Below the pieces are notes generated by a model. It was given only the letters and a program-made list of their open reading frames with translations, did not search any database and was not told where the DNA came from. This document shows, in pieces, positions 38,290 to 50,973 of a stretch of 64,000 bases of DNA (the stretch's first letter is position 1; each line of letters opens with the position of its first letter). A program made the position numbers and the translations under genes. The stretch comes from Felis catus (taxonomy: Eukaryota). The stretch spans positions 133,734,001-133,798,000 of the forward strand of contig NC_058376.1 of assembly GCF_018350175.1 (NCBI RefSeq), read 5' to 3'.

Positions 38290-38475
38290 GACACAAATAG
38301 GATGGTATAGTAAACCCTTACGTACTCATCATCTAGCTTCAACAGTCATCAGCTCATGGCCAATCTCGTTTCCTCTGTAGTCCTACCCACTTGTCCCCAT
38401 CGTGTATTATCTTTTAAAAAAAATTTTTTTTATGTTTATTTATAATCGTGTATTATCTTAAAGCAAGTCTCAGCA
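38290..38475 (-). mobile_element. Old L1MC-like 3' fragment carrying a tail-only SINE insertion (38414-38444)
   Basis: gtactcatcatctagcttcaacagtcatcagctcatggccaatctcgtttc. TSD atcgtgtattatctt around a 31-bp SINE tail. Confidence 0.65.
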
Positions 38476-38936
38476 ACCAACACTCTGAAAGCAGTTGGGG
38501 GATTTGGGCAGGGCACCAGTGGCATCCACTGCTTGGTGAACTTCCGGGCAAAGGGAATAGTGTGAGCTAAGACCTGTGGATGGCATTGCATAACTTATTG
38601 GTGGGGTGAACTACTTGGCTGTCTTTGAGACAGGTAGCCTCAGGGAGGAGGCGGCGGGGATCGAGGCTGCATCCCAGGGTTTGGTTTGTTATACATTTTT
38701 GATGCTAGTCTTTAAAATAGCATGTCTATTCAGATGAAGATGGAATTAATAAAAATGTGATGGTAGCAGAGACCACTGGAAATATATAGTGTATCGATTT
38801 ATTTTCTGATAATTCCTAAATTGGAAAATTATGGTAATGTGTGATAAGCATTGTGGCATCTAAGTTAGCTGGATATTTGAAACAAGGTTATGTGTCAGCC
38901 TTCTTCCTATTTTTTTAGTTATATTATAATTATATT

Positions 38937-38984
38937 TATAATATAATATAATATAATATAATATAATATAATATAATATAATAT
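38937..38984. repeat. (AATAT)n microsatellite
   Basis: About 9 perfect pentamer units. Confidence 0.9.
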
Positions 38985-39308
38985 TTAACTACATTAACTT
39001 AATATATATTATATTTAAATATATATAATGTACTTAGTTATAAAAGTAATGCTAGTAATTATAAAAGTAATCTTGGTACATATATGATGACATCTCAGAG
39101 TGCAGACATGGTTCTCACTGAGTCCCAGGAGTAATCTAGAAGGGCTTGGGCTTGGGTTATCCATCTGTTTAACTTGGGTAAAAGTAGAAATATTTTACCA
39201 ACCGAAGAGATCTTTTTATGTTCTTGTCTGATAAATTTAAACAGTTGTTATCCAAATTGATGCATGTGAGCTGAGTTCTTGAGGTGATAACTTAAAATGT
39301 ACACTCTT

Positions 39309-39423
39309 GGGGCGCCTGGGTGGCTCAGTCAGTTGGGCGCCCTACTTCAGCTCAGGTCACGATCTCGCCGTTCGTGAGTTCGCGCCTCGCGTCAGGCTCT
39401 GAGCCTGAAACCTGCTTCGGATT
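39309..39423 (+). mobile_element. Can-SINE 5' half (no linker or tail)
   Basis: ggggcgcctgggtggctcagtcag...cctgcttcggatt followed by unrelated AT-rich sequence. Confidence 0.88.
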
Positions 39424-40059
39424 TGTTTTTAATATTTGATTTGGATTTAAATTTATGGAAATACTTTGCTTGTCAGTTTTTTTAAAATAGTCATATGGTG
39501 TTTCAAAATTGTATCACAACTGTGATTGATCTTCAACCTTAGAAGCTAAAAATGGATATAGAAGGATGATCACAAATAGGTAAAATGGTAAATTTTGGTA
39601 TTAGTGTGTTTGGACATCAGGACTCTCGTCAAAACACAAAATGCAACCAGTTTGGTAAAATTGAAGGTCATCTGGCATTATTTAGAAAATATTACTTGTT
39701 AGTGGTTTAACATTTGTAGATAGTTTTATTCCCAAGCACTTTGTTTCATAGATTCAAGTTTGTTTTTTCCCCATAAGACTTCATGAGTTATATCAGTTTG
39801 CTCTACTATTTTTCTTTGAAGGGAACTGAGACCTATTTGGTTGTATAAGGTGATGAGCGACATTGCTCAAAAAGCTAAAAATAGATTTGTGGGCTCCTGA
39901 CTGTGAAAGCAGGTGCTCTCTGCTGAGTTATTCTGCTTTCTTGCTGAAGAAGTATTAACATACAATGGCTGTGGCATGGATCCTAGTTAGGTCCATAAAA
40001 ATGTACTTCCTCACCAAACCAAATCCACCATCCAAACAAACAAAACCTTTCTTGAGATA

Positions 40060-40520
40060 CTGGTGTTGAAGATCGCCTCCTCCTGCCAGCTGAGTGTGTT
40101 CTCATTGTCCCCCACATCTGCCCCATCATGTCTGATGCTGGTACCAGGTTCTTGTCACCATATGCTTGGAACACTACAATAATTAATCTCCTTGCCCCGT
40201 CCTCTTCCTTGCCCCCCCAATCCTTTTCGGGTAGTTTTCAGATTAATGCCATTATTACACTATTTTAAACATTTTTTCACTCAACAGTTCCATGATGATC
40301 TTTGCTTTTAGGCTGGAGCCCTGACCTTCATCTTGGTTTTCAGGATACCTCCCATCTCTCCTTGATGTCTGTCCAGGATCCTTTCCTCCTTCTCGCCAAT
40401 CCCTGTTGTAGCCAGCTTGGGCCTTGCAGACCGCAGTCACTTTACCATCCTTACTAGCATCCCTGTGGTTTTGTGTGTTGTGCCCTACTGTAGAAATGCT
40501 CTTCCTTTCCTTTAGCAAGC
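40060..40520 (+). mobile_element. L2 fragment
   Basis: Pyrimidine-rich ttcttgtcaccatatgcttggaacactacaataattaatctcc...tgtagaaatgctcttcc. Confidence 0.5.
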
Positions 40521-40847
40521 CCAGCCCTTCAGTCGTGGGTGCTTCTCACTGGTTAGTTAAAATTTGATTATAAGGTATGCTGTATTCTTTAGATTAGAAG
40601 ACTCTTCTGTGGGCTTACTAAATGTCTTGATTCAGAAAATAGGATCACTGCCTAGTATGAGATGTGGCGTAAAATTTTTCTTAAATCATATTGTCAGAAT
40701 GTTGCTGAGATTCTATTACGATTAGTAAACAATTAAATTAATATTTTAATGGTTTGCTGCTTTCTTCTATGTTTACCTGAAGCAATATCACTTTAGATTT
40801 GGCTGTAAGGAAATGTTTACATTTTGTCAAAGATTTTGAGAAATGTA

Positions 40848-41068
40848 GGGGCGCCTGGGTGGCTCAGTCGGTTAAGCGGCCGACTTCGGCTCAGGTCATG
40901 ATCTCACGGTCTGTGAGTTCGAGCCCCGCGATGGGCTCTGTGCTGACAGCTCAGAGCCTGGAGCCTGCTTCGGATTCTGTGTCTCCCTCTCTCTGACCCT
41001 CCCCCGTTCATGCTCTGTCTCTCTCTGTCTCAAAAATAAATAAACGTTAAAAAAAAAACTAAAAAAAA
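40848..41068 (+). mobile_element. Can-SINE (SINEC_Fc-like), low divergence
   Basis: Near-consensus copy. Perfect TSD aaagattttgagaaatgta. Confidence 0.96.
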
Positions 41069-41293
41069 AAAGATTTTGAGAAATGTAAAGTGACTTTGCT
41101 TTGAGAACATGAAATTAAATCCAATTACTTATAGAAGAGGAATATTATAAATATATTTGTATATTTATAATTTAGATTTCATGAAGTCATTTTCATGATT
41201 GCATTGATAAAAAACAAAAGAAAACAAAACTTAGTCATTTTGTATAGGGTGCTTAAATTTTATGTGGAACTTATTTTTCATCTATCTATTTTT

Positions 41294-41530
41294 GTTTTTA
41301 ATTAAAAATATTTTTTAATGTTTATTTCTGAGAGAGAGAGAGAGAGAGAGAGAGAAGACAGAGCACAACTGGGGGAGGGGCGGGGAGAAAGGGAGACACA
41401 GAATCCGAAGCAGGCTCCAAGCTCTGAGCTGTCAGCACAAAGCCCGATGTGGGGCTTGCACTCACGAACCGCAAGATCATGACCTGAGCCCAAGTCGGAC
41501 GCTTAGCTGACGGAACCACCCAGGTGCCCC
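41294..41530 (-). mobile_element. Can-SINE nested in the tail of a short tRNA-Lys SINE
   Basis: Ends caggtgcccc. TSD tctatctattttt. Confidence 0.93.
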
Positions 41531-41544
41531 TCTATCTATCTATT

Positions 41545-41627
41545 TTTAAAGTAAGCTCTACACCCGACATGGGACTTGAACTCATGACCTTAAGATCAAG
41601 AGTCAGTATGCTATACCGACCGAGCTT
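41545..41627 (-). mobile_element. Short tRNA-Lys-derived carnivore SINE lacking the CT linker
   Basis: Reverse complement gctcggtcggtatagcatactgactcttgatcttaaggtcatgagttcaagtcccatgtcgggtgtagagcttactt is a decayed tRNA-Lys(CTT) body plus a short tail. Confidence 0.75.
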
Positions 41628-44449
41628 AGTATGGAACTTTTGGTGTACATAGTACTTATGAGAAGTTTTTTGTTTTAGTTTTGAGTTTGGGAGAAAGTAG
41701 TTAGAGAGAAAATTAAGGTAACTCTAACATATTTTAATATAGTCAGTAAATTTTTCATGAGAATAATAAAGTGTATTTTGTGTGTGTATATGGAGAAATA
41801 TATTTAACAGCGAGCAGAGAAACTAGGGAGAAGCATACTGGTTTGATTAAATTTTTGTAAACATTAATATTATCTAGGAGAAAGATAGTTTTTCAAAGGA
41901 TATATTCCTTATGTTCACCCATCATTAATTTTAGTATGTTGAATTTAATTTTGAGCTTATTAATTAGAGTATTAATGTACTTCCAAGATAAGTTAAATTT
42001 TAATTTTCAAGTTTTTTTCTCTTGGTGGTCCAATTTTACTGGTCTAGAATTTGTGGTATTAAAAATAAGATATCTTTATTTTTTTGAATAGAGTTTAGGA
42101 AATCTTAGTTTTTATGAAATTACATTATAATAGAAATGAATGATTAAAAATTCCTATAGAGTTTGTTAGAGAATCTTATTGTTATAGGATTTGAAGAGAC
42201 CGTGGTTTAAAGATTGAAAGGTAGATTCATAAAATATCACTTAAAGTTGTAAACAACACTTTCAATTTAGGAAAGAAAGATTTCATCTGCATACAAAGCT
42301 GCGTTAATAGATATTAGAAGAAATCAATTAAAACATACTTTTTATAATGTGGTAAGGAAAAACTAACATAAACCAAACAAGGCATAACATTAGTGAACGT
42401 TCTTCTATGAAGTTAAATGCTTTTGATTCAAGACCTGGAAGGTGCTTAAGTCTTCATTGAAATCTTCATATTTATTCTCACCATGTCTTTTTTATTTTAA
42501 GCTGAGAGCTCTCAGTATTAACATCCACACTCACTTTGTGCTGATATTTAGCCAAAACCTAACATAAAATCAGCATGTATTTGCTGGTAGATTCTCTGAA
42601 ATTTTTCACCACATATTTCATGTTAGAGTCATCCATGCTCCATAGTTCATGAGTTTTTATGGCACTGGAACTTCCCGGTTTAGATATATTCTCTGGTTGT
42701 ATAGGTAGGTTTATTTGCTGCTCTAATATTTTTCCTTTAAATTTTATCACTGTTTCCTCTTCTTATTTAGGTGGTGTTTCATCTCTGTCACTAGGAAATT
42801 TCTATTGATTTATTCTGTTTACGCTGTTTTTCCTTTCAAATTCATCGTTTACAGTATGGGAAACTTTGATTATTTTTAAAAAGGTCATCTTTACATTGTT
42901 TGGGTCAAGCCAGGTTTGGTGGAGGGAGAGGACAGTGCCCATCCATTGTCCACCCATCTCCCACTCACAGCTTTGTGCAAGAGGAAAGATGAGAGAGAAA
43001 AAGAGGGATACCCCATTCAGTCTACGTTTAGAAACATGGAACGGAATAAATATCATGAAGAAAATCCAGGCCTAACTTGGTTATACCTCAGGAAGTAATT
43101 CATGGGCATCTAAAATAGTCTGCCAAGGTTTCCATTATTTTTACTTAATTAACTCAAAGCATGCTTAGTAAGAGCCTATAATCTTGAAAAGCATTTCTTG
43201 TTTTGATCTGACTGAAAGGTTTTTTGTTGTTGCTGATTTTTGCTGATCATAGCCTATTTTAATACGATGCAAAGCATCAGAATTAACAAGGTACAAATTG
43301 ACTCAGTAAACCTGCCATACTAGGCAATAGACAAATCTGAGGAAGGATGTAGAATATGGGATGAAAGATTATTCAGCTTTTTAAAACAACAAATAACCAA
43401 ATATTTTGCTTTTGAGCTGGTTGTTTTTCACTGTTTTGATCAAGAAAATGTAATATCCCTGCTGTTACAGGTTTTGTTGGAGCTAATGGGTTTCTGTAGT
43501 GAACAAATTCATACGTCTACTCAAAGTATCTTTACTGAAGTATTGAAGAAGGGAAATAAAATGGTTCATGGGGTGAAGAAATGGTCAAGAGGGAAGGTGT
43601 CTTTCCTGGCACTGTTTCTCATGGAAAAATATATTCTGCAGTTTGGGATTCAAATTTGTTACTACCAAAACTCCAGGAATAATTTACCACCAAGAGCATC
43701 CAGTCTGAAGAAAATTAATACCATCTGTATAAAGACTCAGTGATATTATGGCATCAAATGAATGTGCTTCATATAACTCTACCATCTTTTTATTTAGAGG
43801 AGAAGTCCAAATTGTTGATGATGAATGTTGGAGTTATTTTGATGCAAATTACTTAAAGAGACTTAAAATATAAATATGTTTTCAACAGAATTTTGAAGGA
43901 TAAAAGATAAAGATAGTTAAAATACTTGATTTTTCCTCATTGGTGTTCAAGTCTGTATGGTAAATTATATCTTAGGCTCTCTTCTCTCTTTTGTGATATT
44001 AGCCATGTGTCATCCTGTACCTCAGAGGGTAAAGGAGCAACTTGTGTGTTCTTTATCTCCTCCTTCCCCTTGCCTGTGTTCTTTGTCTTATGAGCTCCTT
44101 GGAGACTCATAGTTTCCTTAGTAGGTTGCCTGGCAGTGACTGGAGAATGAGATAGCTATGCTATAAAAGGCTCTTCCTTCCCTGGCCTGGCCTTTTCCTG
44201 GTACTTAGCCCTTTTCTGTCCTTCGTAATGCGGATGTGCATAGGATACAGTCCCATTTCGTTAAGGACATACATCCTCCATGTGCTAGTGGATTGATCTT
44301 CCTTTCAGTTGGGTCAGGTCTGAAGGGTCTTTTTAACCTTCTGTTATCTGGCCACCTAGCGAATAAATATAAGAATTAGTCCTATAACTATACTCAGCAG
44401 TAATCAAGATTTTTAGTTTTTTTGGTTCTGTTTTTGGCCCAAACATGCT

Positions 44450-45000
44450 TTTGTGGTTATCTACTATATCTAACTGTATAACAAACTGCCTTAAACTTAG
44501 TGGCATGAACAGTAACCCTTTTATTATGATCATGGATTCTTTGGGTCAGCAGTTTGGGCAAGACGCATCTAGGGTGTCTGTCTTTGCTCACCAATGTCTG
44601 GGCCTCAACTGGGAAGACTTGAATGGCTGGGTAATTCAAACGGTTGGGGCTCCCCTTCCTAGTTGGCTTACTCACACCCATATTGAGCACCTTGGTGTGG
44701 GTAATGGGAAAATTGGGCTCAGCCGAGTGCCTGTGTGTGGCCTTTCCAATGTGATGGTCTTAGGTGGTTGAATAAGCCTTCCAAGAGAACCAGGTGGAGC
44801 CTTCGTGGCCTCTGTGACCTAGCCCCAGAGGTCACACTGAGTCACTTCTGTTGCATTCTTCTAGTTACAAGTGAATCATTGGCCAGCCCAGATGCAGGGA
44901 GAGGGGAATGAGACCCTACTTTTTGATGGGACAGTGCAAGGTCACATGGAAAAAGACCATCTAGCATGAGGGACATTGTAGCAGTCATCTTGGAAATTTA
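44450..45000 (-). mobile_element. MLT1 (ERVL-MaLR) solo LTR
   Basis: tgtataacaaactgccttaaacttagtggc...gtcacttctgttgcattct...ggccagcccagatgcagggagaggggaat are MLT1 hallmarks. About 550 bp. Confidence 0.8.
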
Positions 45001-45318
45001 TGCAAAAGAGGAAACTACATCTTGATATTTTGATTCTACAATGCCAGATTTTTATTCTTTGAATCATTCAAATGTCTTATAAAAAATTTAGTATTATGTA
45101 GAAAAGACTTTAGATGATTGCCTGATTATTCTCCTTTTAACCTGCTTGTGTTGCTATCTGACTTTTTATATGACTTTTGTATAACTGAAGAATCAAAGGA
45201 CGACTGTTCAACAGTCTCATACCCTTAATCTGAGAGGCTAAAGACTGTAAAATTGTGCTAGTTTATTACAAGGAGGAGCAAATTGTCACCATGAACTTTG
45301 CAATCAACACGGCATTTA

Positions 45319-45545
45319 TTTTTTTTTTTTAATTTTTTTTTTCAACGTTTATTTATTTTTGGGACAGAGAGAGACAGAGCATGAACGGGGGAGGGGCAGA
45401 GAGAGAGGGAGACACAAAATTGGAAACAGGCTCCAGGCTCCGAGCCATCAGCCCAGAGCCTGACGTGGGGCTCGAACTCACGGACCGTGAGATCGTGACC
45501 TGGCTGAAGTCAGACGCTTAACCGACTGCGCCACCCAGGCGCCCC
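45319..45545 (-). mobile_element. Young SINEC_Fc-like SINE
   Basis: Perfect 15-bp TSD tcaacacggcattta (45304-45318 and 45546-45560). Confidence 0.96.
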
Positions 45546-46483
45546 TCAACACGGCATTTAAACCAGGAAGATAAAAGAAGAGACATGTTAAAATAATGGC
45601 AATTTTTGTGTGTGCGGAAAGTAGTCTTTTAGATAATGTGTGAAAACTCCTCTTAATGCTAGTGACTATGCTGATTCCACATAGTATGCCCCAGAGGGCC
45701 ACACGTTGGGGTTTTAGCACTGGCTTTCCATCACCTTAATAGTGAGGGTAATGGGGCAGCATCATGTGTTCCACCGAGTGCTGAGTTATCATGACCTTCT
45801 GTGTTGGAGGAAAGAAAGTTAATGTGACAACCTGGGAAGTTACTTCACCTCACTAGGTCTAGATTTCATATTTGTAAAGTGTGGGGTTGAAATCTCTCCT
45901 GGCTATATAATGCTTTGAGTTTATTGTTCTTGCACTTACCTGGGACTGGAATAAGGCAGTCATATGGCAGCTCAAAGTTAATATTAAATTTGGAAGTACA
46001 AGGGTCATTCAGTTAAGTTTTAGAAAGTTATTAAATTATAATCACCTGGCAACATTTATACACCTGTATTAAATAATCCCAAAGGTGAAATAGAAATACT
46101 GGAAGAAAACTCTGGATTAGGTAAATTTTTTAAAAAGATGTGGGCATCATTCTTAAATTTACAGTATTTATAAATCATAATACTTAGTATGAAATATCGT
46201 AGGTAAAATTTTTAGTTTTATTCTTTTGAGTCAAAAACCTGAATTTACTCATTCAGAGCCTGAATTTAAATTACTAAATAACACTTTAATAAGAGATGGT
46301 GCAATAGAGGTTCTGGGGCTTTGTTCCTTAAGTTTTTAAATTTATTAAAATAACGTTCATCCCACCTTTTTGTAATCCACCGCATATATAGTTATGTCCT
46401 TCTTTTCATTACTCGTATTTTTTATTTGTCCTTTCTTTTTTCTAAATTAGGCTTGCCATGGTTTATCAATTTCATAATCTTTT

Positions 46484-46696
46484 TTTTTTTTTATGTTTGC
46501 TTATTTTAGAGAGAGAGAGAGAGAGACAGAGTGCAAGAGCGCAGGGGCAGAGAGAGAGGGAGACACAGAATCTGAAGCAGGCTCCAGGCTGGGAGCTGTC
46601 AGCACAGAGCCCAGTGTGGGGCTTGAACCCATAAACTGCGAGATCATGACCTGGGCTGAAGTCAAAAGCTTAACTGACTGAGCCACCTGGCATCCC
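46484..46696 (-). mobile_element. Can-SINE within an old antisense L1 ORF2 fragment (~46360-46900)
   Basis: TSD tttcataatctttt. Flanks are T-rich L1-like sequence. Confidence 0.92.
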
Positions 46697-46820
46697 AGTT
46701 TCATAATCTTTTTAAACAAGGTTTATTGATCTTCTCTGTTGCTCTGTTGTTACCCTTTTGTTTCATTAGTTTCTGGTTTTATCTTTATTTCTTTTGTCCT
46801 TATTTCTTTTCTTTTTTGAG

Positions 46821-46851
<31 letters not shown>

Positions 46852-47549
46852 ACTTTTAAAGTTGTATGCTTAGCTCCTTAATATTTTAGCCTTCCTTTAT
46901 GTTATTCATTCTGTGGTTTGTATAGTTGGCTTATAAAAAATACATGCTTTTTCTGACTGACCTTTTTGGAGTCAGGTTGAGCAGGCGTCTGTCTTCCTGG
47001 AGATGCTTCCTCCTGGAGATGCTTCCCCCAGAGTGAAGGAAGAGTGAGGAAGAGTTACCTCAAGTAGCAGTGCATGAATAAATGTTCTTCCCTGGGAATC
47101 CTCACTGCAAAGATTCTGTGAATATGGACTTCAGAATGGTATTTTCTGGAAGCTGTGGCAGAAGAATAGACAAAACAATTGGAAATACATTCAGGCATAT
47201 TATGAAATAAATAATACCCATATGTGCCACCTATATGACATCAGTCTAAAATTTAGTCACCAGAAATGGAATCACCAGAACCCAGTTTTTTCCCCCTCAC
47301 TGCCTCTGAGAGTGAAAAAAATCAGTGAGACAAAGACCTTTTGTGTTTTAAACAAACTGAAATAATTTTTCCATAATGTTTTGTTAATGGTACTGTTTAT
47401 GATTTAGTTACTTTATTACCTGAAAAAACATCTACCAACAATAGCATGTAAATGTGACAACAGATGCTTGAGTCACTTGATTATGGATTCCAGATTCTTC
47501 AGTCTTGTTATTTAGAAGACCAGTGGCTTTAGATATCATTTAACTTTTT

Positions 47550-47783
47550 TTAAAAGTGTTTATTTATTTATTATTTTTAAAAATGTTTATTTATTTATTT
47601 TGTGTGAGAGTGAATGAGTGCAGGTGTGCGCGTGTGCATATGAACGGGGGAGGGGCAGAGAGAGAGGGAGAAGGAATTCCAAGCAGGCTCTGTAGAGCCC
47701 AGTGCAGGGCTCTATCTCATGGGAGATCATGATCTGAGCCTAAATTGAGAGACATTTAACTGACTGAGCCACCCAGGTGCCTC
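47550..47783 (-). mobile_element. Can-SINE
   Basis: TSD tcatttaacttttt. Ends gagccacccaggtgcctc. Confidence 0.92.
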
Positions 47784-48541
47784 TCATTTAACTTTTTAAA
47801 ATGGCATCTATTAGATATATTGTTAATCCTTGAACGTTTTTCTCCTTTTATAGATGAATAAGAGATAGCATTGTATTAGCTCCTAGAATATTCCACATAT
47901 ATATGTTGATTTTATTATTTAATATGATTATATGGTAAACTTCTATTTATTTGTTGAGGCAATGAACAACTAGAAAGATGAACCAAAAGTTTAAAAATCA
48001 GATATGGAGATTAGAGAGAGTGAGAGAGAGCCTCAAGAGAGCAAGAAACAAGCTCCCTGAGCCTTGTAAGTGGCCCTTGCACACTGGCTTGGCCATTGGT
48101 GGGGGTACAGAGGGCCAGCCTTTAGGGAGAATGTGCTCACAGAATTCAGGAGTGCAGATGCTTGTGTGGGGTTTTTATTTAAAATTAAAATAGATTTACT
48201 TATTTAACTGGAGGCCACCCAGTTCCTCAAATACTATCAATAAATAAGTGTTACTGTATTGGTAACCACTGTGTTATAACCACCACTACATGAGAATACA
48301 ATAAAGCATTTTGAATTCAGTTCCTCAATATCAGATCATAATCTATGAATATGTTTTGTTATTCTGTTTATAGTTTTTCTTTATCCTTGCCATTTGTTAG
48401 AAATTTAGTGTGATAACTGCCATTAAAATTATATCTCACCTTCAATTAAAGTTTGAATTAGGAATTTCATTCCAGAACAAAATGGGTCAAAGCCATTTAA
48501 AAAAGAAGGTGCTTAATATTTTGACTTAAAAGCATCTTTAA

Positions 48542-48752
48542 GGGGCACATGGGTGGCTCAGTCAGTTGAGCCTCCAACTTCGGCTTGGGTCATGATCTCG
48601 TGGTTCACGGGTTTGAGCCCCGTGTCGGGCTCTGTGCTGACAGTTCAGAGCTTGGAGCTTGCTTCGTAGATTCTGTCTCCTTCTCTCTCTGCCCCTCCCC
48701 TGCTCATACTCTGTCTCTCTCACTCTCAAAAATAAAGGAAACATTGAAAAAA
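48542..48752 (+). mobile_element. Can-SINE
   Basis: Starts ggggcacatgggtggctcagtcag. Imperfect TSD aaaa(g/a)ca(t/c)ctttaag. Confidence 0.94.
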
Positions 48753-50934
48753 AAAACACCTTTAAGCATTACATGTTTTGTTGTATTTAATAATATTTAT
48801 TTAATCTAGCCCATATGATAATGTTTTCCTAAGGGAAGGGGGTCAGGCGGTCCACTTCTTATATATGTGTAGATAGCAAGAAATACCTGCTGCCTAGTAG
48901 GTAGAGAAATGCTGGTCAGATATTTTAATCATATCTTTTAAAATGGACAGTTCCACAATAGATTTGCCTTAGTAGAGAATCTTTCTTTTAAGTAATTAGT
49001 GCCAAAGCTTTAATATAAAAAAGCTTTAAATATAGTGACCGAAGGGTCAAGGAACTGGTATATTGGAAATGTGATTTGCCTGCTTTATGGAGGACTGTAA
49101 ATTGGTGACTCCCTAGCCATTCTTGGCAAGCTGGCGAAATATCTAATAAATGGTAAAATCATTGAACACATGAGCTAAGAACAGTCTTTTGAGAAATAGG
49201 GCATCTGGATTTCCCTAAGAGGAGATCTTATTTCACCATGCTTTCAGAATTATTCAAAGGCTGAGTGGGGATGTGGATGAGAAAAACAGGAGATGCACTT
49301 CTGCCTGTATTCTAGAAAAAGATGTGAAATAGAAGTGTGACAGACTTTAAAAGAAGAAAGTTCTAAATTCCCAGGATATCACTATTCATTTTCATATGCG
49401 AGTGCAAAAATGTTTTCTAAAGACAGATGCAAATCATTTTAGCATGATCTTTTACCACTGCCTCTTTCTATTAATTAGGCAATCATCAAGAGAGAATTTG
49501 ATCATGAAGGGTCCAAATAGAACAATTTTCTATTTATGTAAGGACACAGGAAATACTAAGATAGCTGTGTGGAAGATTCACATCCAGGAAACTGGTAGCT
49601 GTGGGGGAAAAAAGTTGCTTTGATTTTAGTAGGTTGGTTAAGTTGTACATATTTTTAGCAGGACGAGAAAAGAGAGAGAGAGTTGCATGCCACTATTTGA
49701 AAAGAATGTGATACAACAAAAACTATTTTTAATCTGTGGTGGGGAAGAGGAAAACTCATGCTTTTTAATGGTTATGAACTTAGAAAATTAATTCCTGCAA
49801 AGCAGAATCTTCACTGCTAGAATAGAATTTGGCTTTGCAGTTTTTGTTATGTTAAAACTTATTCAATAAGCAGAATTTTAGTATTCAGAATTCACTGCAA
49901 TTTAGAGTTTGCAATAGAAATGCTAAATTAAAACCTATTTTAAGATATAACCTCCCTCAAAATTTTTTAAAGAATTCTGAAGTTTTGAAATGGTCTAAAA
50001 ATGTAACTCTAAAGATTTGAAATCTCCTCATGTTTTTCTAATTGGATAGATCTTTCTTAGATAATGCATTGTGTCTCTTAATGCTCATAAAAGATTCTTT
50101 CCTTGGTCAAAAGAAATCATTCCTAAGATTTTATAATTCCGCCAAATATGGCTATGGAGGAGGCTATATTTAGGAAGTTAATCTTCCTATGCATGTATTT
50201 GGTAATAGTATAATATGTATAAGAGAGGGCTTAGAAACTTTGGTGTTAGGTGCTATTGAAATGTATACTGCCAGTATATTTATGTCAGTAGAAAAATCAC
50301 AATTGGCAATGGGCAAATGAAGCATTCTGTCTATAAATGGGCACAGAGTCCTTTCTTAGCCCACAATAATTAAAATGAGCGTATTATGTTTTAGGAAGAA
50401 AATCTTTTTAGAGACAGCTAAATATGCTACCTCAAAAGAAGTAATCAAATTGTGGGATTTAATTAAAGACCCTTTCATCACTCTTCTGTGAAGGCATCTA
50501 TTGATACTTTGGACAAACAAAAAGCTTCTGGAAGCAAAATTTTGCATATGGAGCCCTGATTTCCCTATTGATAACTTGCTATAAAATTAGAATTAGAAAA
50601 GGGTTTATTGGAGAAAATAGCAACCCCTCTTTAGTAAATAACCTAAGATAAACAACCTTTAAGAATGAATTTGAAAGATGACTAAGTATAAGAAAATGTT
50701 TTAAGCACTTAAAATCAGCTCACCTCCTGCCCCCTCCTCCAACCTTTGATTGAAATATGGTTTGTGTGGGACTCCCCAACTAGCCAGGGTGGGTCAGTCT
50801 CCCTGAAACATGTAAGGCAGGCATCTCAGTCCTTTGCGCCTCGCTGGAGGGATAAGGCAAACCTCCTTGCCACTGTGGCTACTTGCCACTCTAGTGATTG
50901 GAAGGTAGGGGTGGGGACAGGCAAACAGTCTGAG

Positions 50935-50937
<3 letters not shown>

Positions 50938-50972
<35 letters not shown>
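50938..50972. repeat. (GT)n microsatellite
   Basis: About 17 perfect units. Confidence 0.95.

Positions 50973-50973
<1 letters not shown>

Noticed and set aside
41545-41627. Functional tRNA-Lys gene (also the SINE heads elsewhere)
   Set aside because: The acceptor stem and anticodon arm are degenerate, and the element has a SINE tail and TSD.
46992-47026. Short direct repeat of cttcctggagatg
   Set aside because: Simple slippage duplication. No array or CRISPR-like spacer structure anywhere in the window.
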